Assembly: GCF_036365525.1 (NCBI RefSeq) | Contig: NC_090399.1 | Location: 2,418,001 to 2,482,000 of the forward strand | Direction: 5' to 3' | DNA from: Heterodontus francisci | Taxonomy: Eukaryota | DNA: 64,000 bases | In this document: piece by piece, positions 35,901 to 46,055 of the stretch | How the letters are laid out: each line of letters opens with the position of its first letter | How positions within the stretch are numbered: position 1 is the first letter of the stretch | Program-made: the position numbers and the translations under genes | The notes under the pieces: model-generated | What the model was told of the DNA's origin: nothing | Database searches by the model: none | What the model saw: only the letters and a program-made list of their open reading frames with translations

Positions 35901-38900
35901 TCTGAAATAAAAACAAGAAATGCTGGAACCACTCAGCAGGTCTGGCAGCTTTATTATTTAATCTCCCCTGCCCTCTGCCCAATCACACATCTCCCTTTTG
36001 TTCTCTTCCCCACCTCCAGCCCCCTCCCCCCCACTTGCTTAAAACCTAATTCTTTTCTAACTTATGCCCATTCTGATGAAAGGTCACAGACCTGAAATGT
36101 TAACTCGGCTTCTCTCTCCACAGATGATGCCTGACCTGCTGAGTATTTCTAGCACTTTCTGGCTTTTATCTCAGATTTCCAGCATCTGCAGTCTGTTGCT
36201 TTTATTATTACGTAAACAATCCCTGTCTGGTCATGAAGCTGTGAAATGAGATAAGCACATATCAGTCCCATAAAGTGATCACTGTGGAACAATAGCCACA
36301 TCAGGGCGGCACTGGATCAAGATATGACCTTTAATGAAGGAGATCATAGAGTCAAGGAAGCATAAACCAGGTGCTAAGAGGTTGTGAAAACTGTGGATTA
36401 TGTGCCAGGCTCAAACAAGTTACCACCTTAGAAAAGCAGTAATTACTGACCAATCAGATGGTTGGAAAAGGAATTCTACCTAAATTAGCACCGAGCCAAG
36501 CTGGGAAAGGTGTATAAAGTAGAACCTGTAAGACCCCAAAAGCGGCATCATCATCAAGAAGAGAAGACAGAAGATAGATTTTAATCAAGAGACAAGGCAC
36601 CCAGTTAACTGGAGGCTGAGGAGCAGTGTTCCATTGTGAACGCAGCTGCTGACCACTGCCCTTTGCTAATTATCACCATTTTGTGCTTATTGTGGAAAAC
36701 TTAATAAAGTCTGTGAAGCTTCTGAAAACACCCTTGTACCTGTGTGGTTTTGTACCTAGTCTGAGCTGAAAGTACCTTTTAGATCTGCTCTCCCAACTTA
36801 GTCTGTAATTGTAATTGACCTAAATCTTACATTTAAATTAAATCAAATGGCAGATCTTAAATTAGTTTGAATTGGTTTGTCTTGGCTTGGATTGGATTGT
36901 TTTGTTGTGGTCTTAGTTCACTTGGTTTGACTCGAATTAGTTTGGTTTGGTTTGAATTGGTTTGGCTTGGCTTAAATTAGTTTAATTTGGATCGGGAATT
37001 GCTGCAGTGTTCCAGTGAACATCAACGCAAGCTCGAGGAACAGCATCTCATTGACCAATTAGGCACTCTACAGCCTGCCGGACTGAACTGAGTTCAATAA
37101 TTTCAGAACATGATGGGGCCCCCCCTTTTTATTTTTATTTTTAGTTATTTTTTATTTTTTATTTTTATGTGTTTATTTTATTTTAGTTTGTTCCTACCGT
37201 GCCTACCCACTTTTTTCATGTTTGTGTTTGGGGCTAGGCTGCTCAGTTTTCTGTCAATTAACACCCTCTCTGTACTAACACTTTGTCTTTCAGCACACCA
37301 TTAACATACCGTTTGCCTTTTCTCCATGACCTTCTAGTCAGTTATTCTCTGTGACCTTGTCCTATCAACACCTTTTTTTTTTGGATAACTCTAGCCCCAT
37401 CCCCACTTTACTTGCTTAATTCCTTTTACATTTCTAATGTCTGCCAGTTCTGATGAAGGTTCACGAACCTGAAACGTTAACTCTGCTTCTCTCTGCACAG
37501 ATGCTGCCAGACCTGCTGAGTATTTCCAGCATTTCTTGTTTTTTATTTCAGATTTCCAGCATCTACAGTATTTTGCTTTTATTATTATTAATCTGGATTG
37601 GCTTGGCTTGAATTAGTTTGATTTGGTTTGAATTAGTTTGGTTTGGTTTGGTTTGGCTTGGCTTGAATTAGTTTGGTTTGGTTTGACTTGGCTTAAATTA
37701 TTTTGGTTTAGCATGGTCTTTTTGGTTCTGTTTGGATTGAATTAGTGTGGTTTGGTTTGAATTAATTTGGTTTGGTTTGCCTTGGCTTGGATTGAATCAA
37801 ATTAGTTTGGCTTAGTTTGGTTTGGCTTGGATCAAATTAGTTCGGTTTGGTTTGGATTCAATCAAAATGGTTTGATTTTGGTATGGCTTGGATCAAATTA
37901 CTTTGTTTTGGCTTGGCATGAGTTAGTTTGTTTTGATTTGGCTTGGCTTGGATTGAATTGGTTTGATTTGGCTTGGCTTAGATCAAATTAGTTTGATTTG
38001 GTTTGGCTTGGATCAAATTAGTTTGGTTTGGCTTCGTCTTCTTAGGTTAAACATAAGAAGATAAGAAATAGGGGCAGGAGTAGGCCATTCAGCTCCTCAA
38101 GCCTGCCCCACCATTCAATAAGATCATGGCTGATCTGTCCCAGTCCTCAACTTCTCTTCGGGCCTGCTCTGCCTAACCCTCGATTCCCCGAGATTTCAAA
38201 AATCTACCTCCTACTTAAATACATTTAGTGTCCTAGCCTCCACAACTCTCTGAGGCAGAGAATTCCAGAGATTCGCCACCCTCTGAAAGAAGAAATTCCT
38301 TCGCATCTCAGTTTTAAATGTGTGTCCCCTTATTCTGTAATTATGTCCCCGAGTTCAAGATTCCCCCACCAGTAGAAACATCTTCTCAACATCTACCCTG
38401 TCGAGCCCCCTTAAAATCTTGTATGTTTCTGTAAGATTACCTCTCATTCTTCTAAACTCCAATGAATAAAAGCCTAACCTGTTTAGCCACTCTTTAAATG
38501 ACAGCCCCTTCATCCCAGGAATCAGCCCAGTGAACCTTTTCTCAACTGCCTCCAATGCTAGTATATCCTTCTTTAAATACGGGGACCAAAACTGTACGCA
38601 GTATTCCAGGTGTGGCCTCACCAACACCCTGTACAGTTGTAACAGGACTTCCCTATTTTTAAACTCTAACCCCCTAGCAATAAAGGCCAAAACTCCATTT
38701 GCCTTCCTAATTACTTGCTGCACCTGCATGCTAACCTTTTGCAATCCCTCTGTACTGCAGTATTTTGTAGTCTTTCCCCATCTAAATAATAGTCTACCTC
38801 TTTATTCTTCCTACGAAAGTGGATTACCTCACATTTTCCCACATTGAACACCATCTGCCAAATTTTTGCCCACTCACTTAACCTACTTATATCCTTGTCT

Positions 38901-41900
38901 ATATCTATATAGGTTGAGTTCGATTTGTATTCCTTTCATGTGATTAGTTTGCTTTCTTGCTGTGCATTATTTTAGATGTAATTCTAGGGCTCTTCTTCAC
39001 TTAACTCATAGGCTCGTCCCCTGCCTATCTCTGTAATCTCCTCCAGCCTCACAACCCTCTAAGAAATCTACGCTGCTCTAATTCTGGCCTCTTGACCATC
39101 CATTGATGGCTGCGCCTTCAGTTGCCTCGGGCCCAAGCTCTGGAATTCCCTCCCTACACCCCTCGCTTACCTGGTAAATTTTTCTTATTAAAGTATTCTG
39201 ATAGGCGAGCAACGGCACGGTACCTCCCCTCTCTGGGAAAAATACGGGTCCCAATCCACGTACTGGGTTCATAGGCACGTGTCTGTTGGGAGAAGCAAAG
39301 TCTGAACATGATTCACTTGCTCAGATTACACACAATAAGTCCAGATATCAGAGGCACACATATATAAAAGCAAAATACTGCAGATGCTGGAAATCTGAAA
39401 CAAAAACAAGAAATGCTGGATTCACTCAGCAAGGTCTGGCAGCATCTGTGGAAAGAGAAGCAGAGTTAACGTTTCGGGTCAGTGACCCTTCTTCGGAACC
39501 CCGAGGGTCACTGACCCGAAATGTTAACTCTGCTTCTCTTTCCACAGATGCTGCCAGACCTTGCTGAGTGAATCCAGCATTTCTTGTTTTTGTATCAGAG
39601 GCACACCTCTGGCTGACTTTCCAATTTTGCTCCTTTATTGAAGAGCTTCATTTATTATTTATACAATTTTTAACAATCTCTAAGTTCTAAATATTAGTGC
39701 TTGATGGATTTGCTTTTGATTTTTGGAAAGGATAAACCTGTACATTTATCATGCCATTCATAGCCTCTGAACATCACAAAGCATTTCACAGCCAATGGAG
39801 TACAATGAAGGCAATATGCCATTTTTGTATCTAGATGTTTGGGGTACAGTGGTTATATTACAACAACAACTTAAATGTATATAGCACCTTTAACGTCATA
39901 AAACATCCCAAGGCGCTTCACAGGATCATTATAGAATAAAGTATGACACTGAGGATAAAAGGAGATATTAGGTTAGATGACCAAAAGCTTGGTCAAAGAG
40001 ATAGGTTTTAAGGAGTGTCTTAAAGAAGAAAAACAAGGTGGAGAGTTGTAGGGAAGGAATTCCAGAGCTGAAACAACTGAAAGTGCAGCCACCAATGGAT
40101 GCACAAGAGGCCAGAATTAGAGGAGTGCAGAGATCTTGAAGCGTTCTGGGGCTGGAGGAGATTACAGAGACAGGGAGGGGATGAGGCCATGGAGGGATTC
40201 GAAAATAAGGAAGAGAATTTTAAAATCAAGACATTACTTGACCAGGAAGCAATGTAGGTCAACAAGCACAGGGGTGATAGCGAAATGGGACTGGGTGCGA
40301 GTTAAGACACGGGCAGAGAATTTTGGAAATCCTCAAGGTTACAGAGAGTAGAATGTGGGAGACCAGCCAGGAATGCTTTGGAATAGTCAAGTCTAGAGGT
40401 AACAACGGTGCGAATGAGGGTTTCAACAGCAGATGAGCTGAGACATCAGCAAAGTCAAACGATGTTGCACAGGTTGAAATAGGCGATCTTAGTGATGGCA
40501 GGAATATGAGGTCAGAAGCTCATCCCAGGGTCAAATGTAACACTAAGGTTGCAAACAGACTGCTTTAAGCTCAGACTTGCCAGGGAGCGGGATGGAGTCG
40601 GTAGCTTGGGAATGCAGTTTGGAACAGAGACTGAAACAATGGCTTGCGTCTTCCCAATATTTAACTGGAGGAAATATCTGCTCATCCAGTACTGGATGTC
40701 AGATAAGCAATCTGATAATTTAACAACAGTGGAGGAGTCAAGAGAAGTGATGGTGAGGTACAGCTGAGTGTCACCAGCATATGTGTGAAAACTTAACAGT
40801 GTGCTTTCCGACAATGTTGCTGAGGGGCAGCATGTAGATGAGAAATAGGAGGTGGCCAAGGATAGATCCTTGGTGAAACACCAGAGGTAACGGTATGGGA
40901 GCAGGAAGAGAAGCCATTGCAAGTGATTCCCTGGTTATGATTAGATATATATGAAGAGAACCAACTGAAAGCAGTCCCAACCAGCTGGATAACAGTGGAG
41001 AGGCATTGAAGGAGGATGGTGTGGTCAATCGTGTCAAAGTCGAGAGGATGAAGAGGGAAAGTTTACCTCCACAATCATATAAGCTATCATTTATGACTTT
41101 GATGAGAGCTGTTCTGGCACTGTGGCAGGGGAGGAAACTTGATTGGAGCGATTCAAACGTGGAGTTCCGGAAAAGATTGGGATGCGACAACACGTTCAAG
41201 GACTTTGGAGAGGAAAGGGAGGTTGGAGATGAGATGGTAGTTTGCAAGAGTGGTAAGGTTAAGAGTTGTTTTTTTCTGAGGAGAGAGGTGATGACGGCAG
41301 ATTTAAAGGAGAGAGGGACAACACCTGAAAAGAGAGAACTGTTTACAATATCAGCTAATATGGGGACCAGGAGGGGAAGTTGGGTGAACAGCAGCTTGAT
41401 GGGAATAGGAGCGAGGGAACAAGAGCCGGGTCTCATGGACAAGATGAGCTCAGAGGGAGCATGAGAGGATACCAGCGAAACTAGGGGAAGATGCAAGTTC
41501 AGGTCCAGCGTGGGGGGGAACATTATAGGAAGTTTGGCCCAGTGGGCTAGTGGAAGGGAGGTATGGGGCAGAGGCAGCTGATTGGATGGCCTCGATCTTA
41601 GTGACAAAGAAGTCCATGAGCTCCTCACACTTATCGTTGGAGGTGAATGTGGAGGGGACAGGGGAGGGGGTTTTAAGGTAAAAGTTTGCAGTAGAGAAAA
41701 GAATGTTGTCCGCCATATCCTTTCAAGTCTGCATCCCTTGGACTTAAGGGAGCGGAGATGAGGGCCATACCGGGGATCAGCCTGGGTGAGAGAGACTGAT
41801 CATTTTATTGGGGACTAGGGCATCAAAGGTGGAGGTGAGGGTGCTTGAGCAAATCAGTCGCTGTGGAAACATTCTGGAGAATGGAGGACCGAAGGCTAGA

Positions 41901-44774
41901 CAGTTAACACTAGTAATGCTGAGGATGTGAGTTCTAATCCCCCCAACGCAGTCTGACAATTTGAATTCAGTTTTTAAAATCTGGAAATAGAAAGCTGGTG
42001 CCAGTAAAAATCACCATGAAGCTATTAGATTGTCATAATTGGTGCAAATTTTACAGGCACCCCGACATTGGGGGTGGTGGTGGGCCGGAGAATGCCTCCA
42101 GCAGAGGCCCGCCACGGGCCTCGATGTTGGGAAGGTCGGGATGATATTGCTGGCGGCAGCGAAGCCTCGTGGTGGCCTCCCCTGCCACTCAGCGACGGGA
42201 CATCCATTAACATATTTACATCCATTAAAATTAATGAATTAAGCCGACCTGCACCTCCGCATTCCATCCCCCTGCAATATTAGTGTTGGTGGCCGGTACT
42301 CTCGCGCCTGAGGTGGAACATTGATGGGGACGGGGGAGCAGGTAGGTTTCTCAGTGCAGGGGTGGGGGGAAGAGGCGTCAAAGTAATTTCATTGGTGTAG
42401 GCGTTGGTGGGAAGGGGTAAAGTTAAAAGCTTATGAACCTTTGCGGGGGAAGGGGAGGTGCTCAAAGTAAATGTTCTGTTGGGGGGAGAGAGCAGGTAAT
42501 TAATTCCATGGTTATTGGGGGGGGGTGGGAGTTGGACTAGAGACATTAATTTTTTTTAAAATCCATTTTACATCAATATATCTTTAAATATTTAAAGTAA
42601 AATGTTGGGCTCAAAGCCCTTTAAAAATGGCGCCAGCACCAGCACAAAGGCTGCTGACGCCGTTGCCAGGGATGGACGGCCCGCTCCCTCGTCATCGGGG
42701 TGGGCGATCCGCCCCAGCTATTTAAATGAGCAGCGCAGTGGCTCCGCTGTGCGGGCCGCCATTTTTATCCGGCCGCCACCGTATAAACTCCAGCCCAATT
42801 GTCTTTCAGGGAAGGAAACCTGCTATGCTGGTCACATCAATGTGGTCGACTCTTAGCTGCCCTCTGAAGAAAGCCACTTGGTTGTCTCTAAACCACTTCA
42901 GGTTGGGCAAAAAAAAAGCAGACCACATTACAAGAAAGGATAAATTCTAAAAAAGTACTGTTGGCAATGATAACAGAAGAACACCCTGGCTTACAGGGAT
43001 GACAAAATAAATGGTCTGAAACCTCGATGAGAATTGGTGGAAATTGATGATCAGATGCGAATGTCAAGCTTTTATCTGCTAATATCTATTGTTTTAAAGT
43101 CAGCACTGTAAGGTCAGGTAAAGATGGGAATACATAGCTGATTTCTCTGGTTTCTAGGTAATGGTTGCTCCACCTTTTGTGATCGTGTTATTTTACTTTG
43201 TCATTGCATCAACAAAGCAATATTGTCCCAGCTATTTCTCTAAGCCACTGCCAACATACAGGCTGCTTGAGCACAAACGATCCTTTGTTCGTTTTCCCCT
43301 TTTTCTCATTAACGCTAATTAACAGCAGAAACGGGGCACACTTCAGGCACCCGCCAACCTTCTGACAACCTCAAAAATCTTAAACATCTAAATTAGAGTT
43401 GGGCCCATTAGGAGTGAAATCAGGAAATACTTTTTCACACAAAGGGCTGAGGGAGTCTGGAACTCTCTCCCCAAAAAAGGTGTCACAATTGGAATTTTCA
43501 TAACTGACAGCGACAGATTTTTGTTTTACTCTCAAGAGATATGGAGAAAAAGTGGGTAAATGGAGATTAGGTAGAAATTAGCCATGTTTTAGTGGTAGGA
43601 CAGAGAAGGCGTTAAGAATTGAATGGCCTCCTTCTGTTCCCGTGTAAGAAATAGAACATTATAATCAGACCAACTTAAATCAATTGTGCATCTCAACTTT
43701 CTACATTTGACCATTTAATGAAATATATTGATGCGTGAAGGTGGATGCTCAGCAGTTGGCATAAAACTTGTAAGTATTGTGAACTGTGAGGGGGATAGTA
43801 ATAAATTTCAAGCGGACATAGACAGGATGGTGGAATCGGCAGACACATGGCAGATTAAATTTAATGCAGAGAAGTGTGAAGTGATTCATTTTAGTTGGAA
43901 GAACAAGGAGAGGCAATATGAATTAAAGAGTACAATTTTAAAGGGGGTGTAGGAGTAGAGGGACCTGGGAATCTATGTGCACAAATCATTGAAGGTTGCA
44001 AGGCAGATTGAGAAAGCGGTTAATAAAGCATATAGGATTCTGGGTTTTATAAATAGAGGCATAGAATACAAAAGGAAGAAGTTTTGTGCCTCAACTAGAG
44101 TATTGCGCCCAGTCTGGGCACTACACTTTAGGAAGGATGTGAAGGCATTGGAGAGAGTGGAGGAAACATTTCTGAGAATGATTGCAGGGATCAGAGACTT
44201 CCGTTAAGTGGATAGATTGGAGAAGCTGGGACTGTTCTCGTTAGTGAAGAGAAGGTTGAAAAGAGATTTGATTAGCTGTTCAAAATCATGAGGGGTCTGG
44301 ACAGAGTGGTTAGGGAGAAACTGTTCCCATTGGCCGAAGGGTAGAGAACCAAAGGAAACCAAGTTAAACCGACTGACATAAGGAAAAATCTTTTACACAG
44401 CGAGTGTTTTGGGTCTGGAATGCACTGCCCGGGGGTGTGGTGAAGACAGATTCAATTGTGGCTTTTAGAAAGGAATTGGATAATTATCTGCAGAGAAAAG
44501 ATTTGCAGGGTTATGGGGCAAGGACAGGGAAGTGAGGCTAGCTGAGTTGCTCTCGCAGAGAGCAAGCACAGACACAAAGGGCCAAATGACCTCCTTCTGT
44601 GTTGTAACCGTTCTATGATTTCAGAATGCATTAATGCCCACTGGTGGCTCACTGTGATTAGTTTTATTAGCATCGGACTGACTGTCCAAGATTACCTCGT
44701 ACTCTGAATCCCTGCAGACGGTCATGAAGGAGTAACAATCCTCAGCCTCAGCACAGAAGTACGGCCTCCTGTTC
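26838..44774 (-). CDS. SOUL/HEBP2-family heme-binding protein (Cys-rich N-terminal type), spliced; exons 44696-44774, 39171-39282, 34914-35047, 29593-29750, 26838(or 26866)-26937; 5' end unresolved
   Basis: Phases 0,1,0,2 join into NRRPYFCAEAEDCYSFMTVCRDSEYE/TRAYEPSTWIGT..RLSEYFNKKNLP/GIQIERTAPIL..NPPIPRDVT/VFIKQFPPMTVFVKSFGGW..FYTAQYN/GPLTLFSRHNEVWY. These match the SOUL motifs YE.R.Y...W, TAP, PP.P, V.V.SF.G, Y.A.YN.P and R.NEVW. Confidence 0.88.
27895..29590. repeat. C-rich minisatellite, 24-26 bp units (CCCTGTACCTCAGTGTCTCTGTGTT grading into CCCCTATCCCAGTGTCTCTGCATCGT)
   Basis: Direct inspection; produces spurious 400-570 aa repetitive ORFs in all three plus frames. Confidence 0.95.
29593..29750 (-). 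CDS. SOUL-family exon
   Basis: Acceptor ttttgtattgcag, donor GG|GTACGG, 158 nt; VFIKQFPPMTVFVKSFGGW...FYTAQYN. Confidence 0.88.
30065..30440. repeat. G-rich tandem repeat (GGGAGGGAATGTC core)
   Basis: Direct inspection. Confidence 0.85.
31960..34325. repeat. G-rich ~36-bp minisatellite (GAGGGAAGGTCTTTGTGGGTGGGGGGGTGTGGGCTC)n
   Basis: Roughly 60 units; source of the spurious Gly/Val/Trp-rich ORFs. Confidence 0.95.
34914..35047 (-). CDS. SOUL-family exon
   Basis: Acceptor ttcctgtttctgcag, donor ACT|GTGAGT, 134 nt; (G)IQIERTAPILTIF..MLPRRLFNNPPIPRDVT. Confidence 0.85.
35340..36210 (+). mobile_element. Penelope-like element 3' fragment (GIY-YIG endonuclease plus pseudo-LTR)
   Basis: NLVYCIHCSQCGCLYVGETKRRLGD.F.EH GIY-YIG motif with Cys pair; pLTR with a hammerhead-like core at 36073. 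Confidence 0.85.
36995..37590 (+). mobile_element. Penelope-like element 3' fragment
   Basis: Same endonuclease tail and pLTR sequence as the 35340 copy. Confidence 0.8.
37446..37482 (+). ncRNA. Minimal type I hammerhead ribozyme motif in a Penelope pLTR
   Basis: AGTT-CTGATGA-AGGTT(CACG)AACCT-GAAA-CG-TT-AACT: intact core, 5-bp stem II, palindromic mini stem III, 4-bp stem I. Confidence 0.7.
38050..38900 (-). mobile_element. CR1 LINE 3' fragment
   Basis: ORF 38355-38744 with RPHLEYCVQFWSP; CR1 tail. Confidence 0.88.
39171..39282 (-). CDS. SOUL-family exon
   Basis: Acceptor cttctcccaacag, donor G|GTAAGC, 112 nt; TRAYEPSTWIGTRIFPREGRYRAVARLSEYFNKKNLP. Confidence 0.85.
39360..39592. mobile_element. 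Penelope pLTR foldback insertion with TSD
   Basis: 90-bp inverted arms (39400-39489 and 39504-39593, one mismatch), 14-nt loop, TSD TATCAGAGGCACAC at 39346-39359 and 39593-39606. Confidence 0.88.
39860..41860 (-). mobile_element. Degenerate L2-clade LINE
   Basis: FKSAVIT.LL.K, LQS.F..CHS..TAL.KV.ND, LSDCLSDIQYWMS..FLQLN..KT motifs typical of L2 RT. Confidence 0.8.
43760..44620 (+). mobile_element. CR1 LINE 3' fragment
   Basis: WQIKFNAEKCEVIHF and FRKDVKALERV motifs, CR1 tail. Confidence 0.85.
44696..44774 (-). CDS. SOUL-family exon (Cys-rich N-terminal segment)
   Basis: Acceptor ttttgcag, donor GAG|GTAAT, 79 nt; NRRPYFCAEAEDCYSFMTVCRDSEYE. Confidence 0.8.
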
Positions 44775-45029
44775 CTGCAAAATCCAATGACACAATTTAA
44801 TCCTTAAATGTCATTGCACCATGAGTCAGTCAACCACAGTGAAACCCGTTCATAATCTGCGGAAAGGCTCCCTAGAGAGTCAGTGGAATCAGTTAGTTTA
44901 ATTCATTCAAATACAAATTAAATAGATTTCTTCAGAAAGCATGATTTCAGGATACAATATAGGAGTAATTTGAGACATGACGTGGTAAGTGTATTGTATG
45001 CAGGAGGAACAGGTGACTTTGGACCTGTA

Positions 45030-46055
45030 CTGGGAAGGATATTGAGAAGTGTAGGGGAGCAGAGGGACCTTGGAGTACATGTCCACAGATCCCTGAAGGT
45101 GACTGGGCAGGTAGATAAGGTGGTTAAGAAGGCATACAGGATACTTGCCATTATTATTGTATGAGGCATAGAGTATAAGGTCAGGGAGGTTATGTTAGAA
45201 GTGTATAAAACACTGGTTAGGTCAGTGCATGCAGTTCTGGTCACTGTATTACAGGAAGGATGTGATCACACTAAAGGGGAGGCGGTGGCGTAGTGGTAAT
45301 GTCACTGGACTAGTATTCCAGAGCCCAGGCTAATTCTCTAGGGACATGGGTTTGAATCCCACCACGGCAAATGGTGAACTTTGAATTTAATTAATAAATC
45401 TGGAATTAAAAGCAAGTCTAATGGTGAAAACCATGAAACCATTGTCGATTGTTGTAAAACCCCATCTGGTTCACCAATATCCTTTAGGGAAGGAAATCCG
45501 CCGTCCTTACCTGGTCTGGCCTACATGTGACTCCAGACCCACAACAATGTGGTTGACTCTTAAATGCCCTCTGAAATGGCCGAGCAAGCCACTCAGTTCA
45601 AGGGCAATTAGGGATGGGCAATAAATGCTGGTCTGGTCAGCGATGCCCACATCCCCCACAAATGAATTTTGAAGAGACTGTACACAGGAGATTTATACAG
45701 GAATGGAGAATTTTAGTTTTGAGGAAAGACTGGATAGGCTGGGGTTCTTTACTTTGGAACAGAGGAGGCTGAAGGGAGATTTAATTGAGGTGTATAAAAT
45801 TATGAGGGGCCTGGAAAGGTGGAATTTTTTTCACCCACAGGGTGGGAGCCTGAAATTCACTTCCTGAAAGGATGGTAGCGGCAGAAAACCCTCATCACAT
45901 TTAAAAAGTACTTGAATATACACTCAAAGTACCGTAACCTACAGGGCTCCGGACCAAGTGCTGGAAAGTAGGATTAGGCTCCATAGGTCTTTTTCAGCAG
46001 GCACAGACATAATGGGCCGAGTGGCCTCCTTCTTGCGGTAAATTTTCTATGTTTC
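45030..46055 (+). mobile_element. CR1 3' fragment interrupted by a SINE
   Basis: EQRDLGVHVHRSLKV.. resumes after 45670. Confidence 0.75.
45276..45670 (+). mobile_element. Full-length tRNA-derived SINE with LINE-derived 3' tail
   Basis: A box TGGCGTAGTGG, B-box-like GGTTTGAATCCC; tail agggcaattagggatgggcaataaatgctgg closely matches the 3' end of the 48650-51720 LINE. Confidence 0.85.

Larger units (their letters stand above)
36860..38045. repeat. Degenerate (TTTGG/CTTGG/TTAG)n microsatellite interrupted by the Penelope fragment
   Basis: Direct inspection. Confidence 0.8.
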
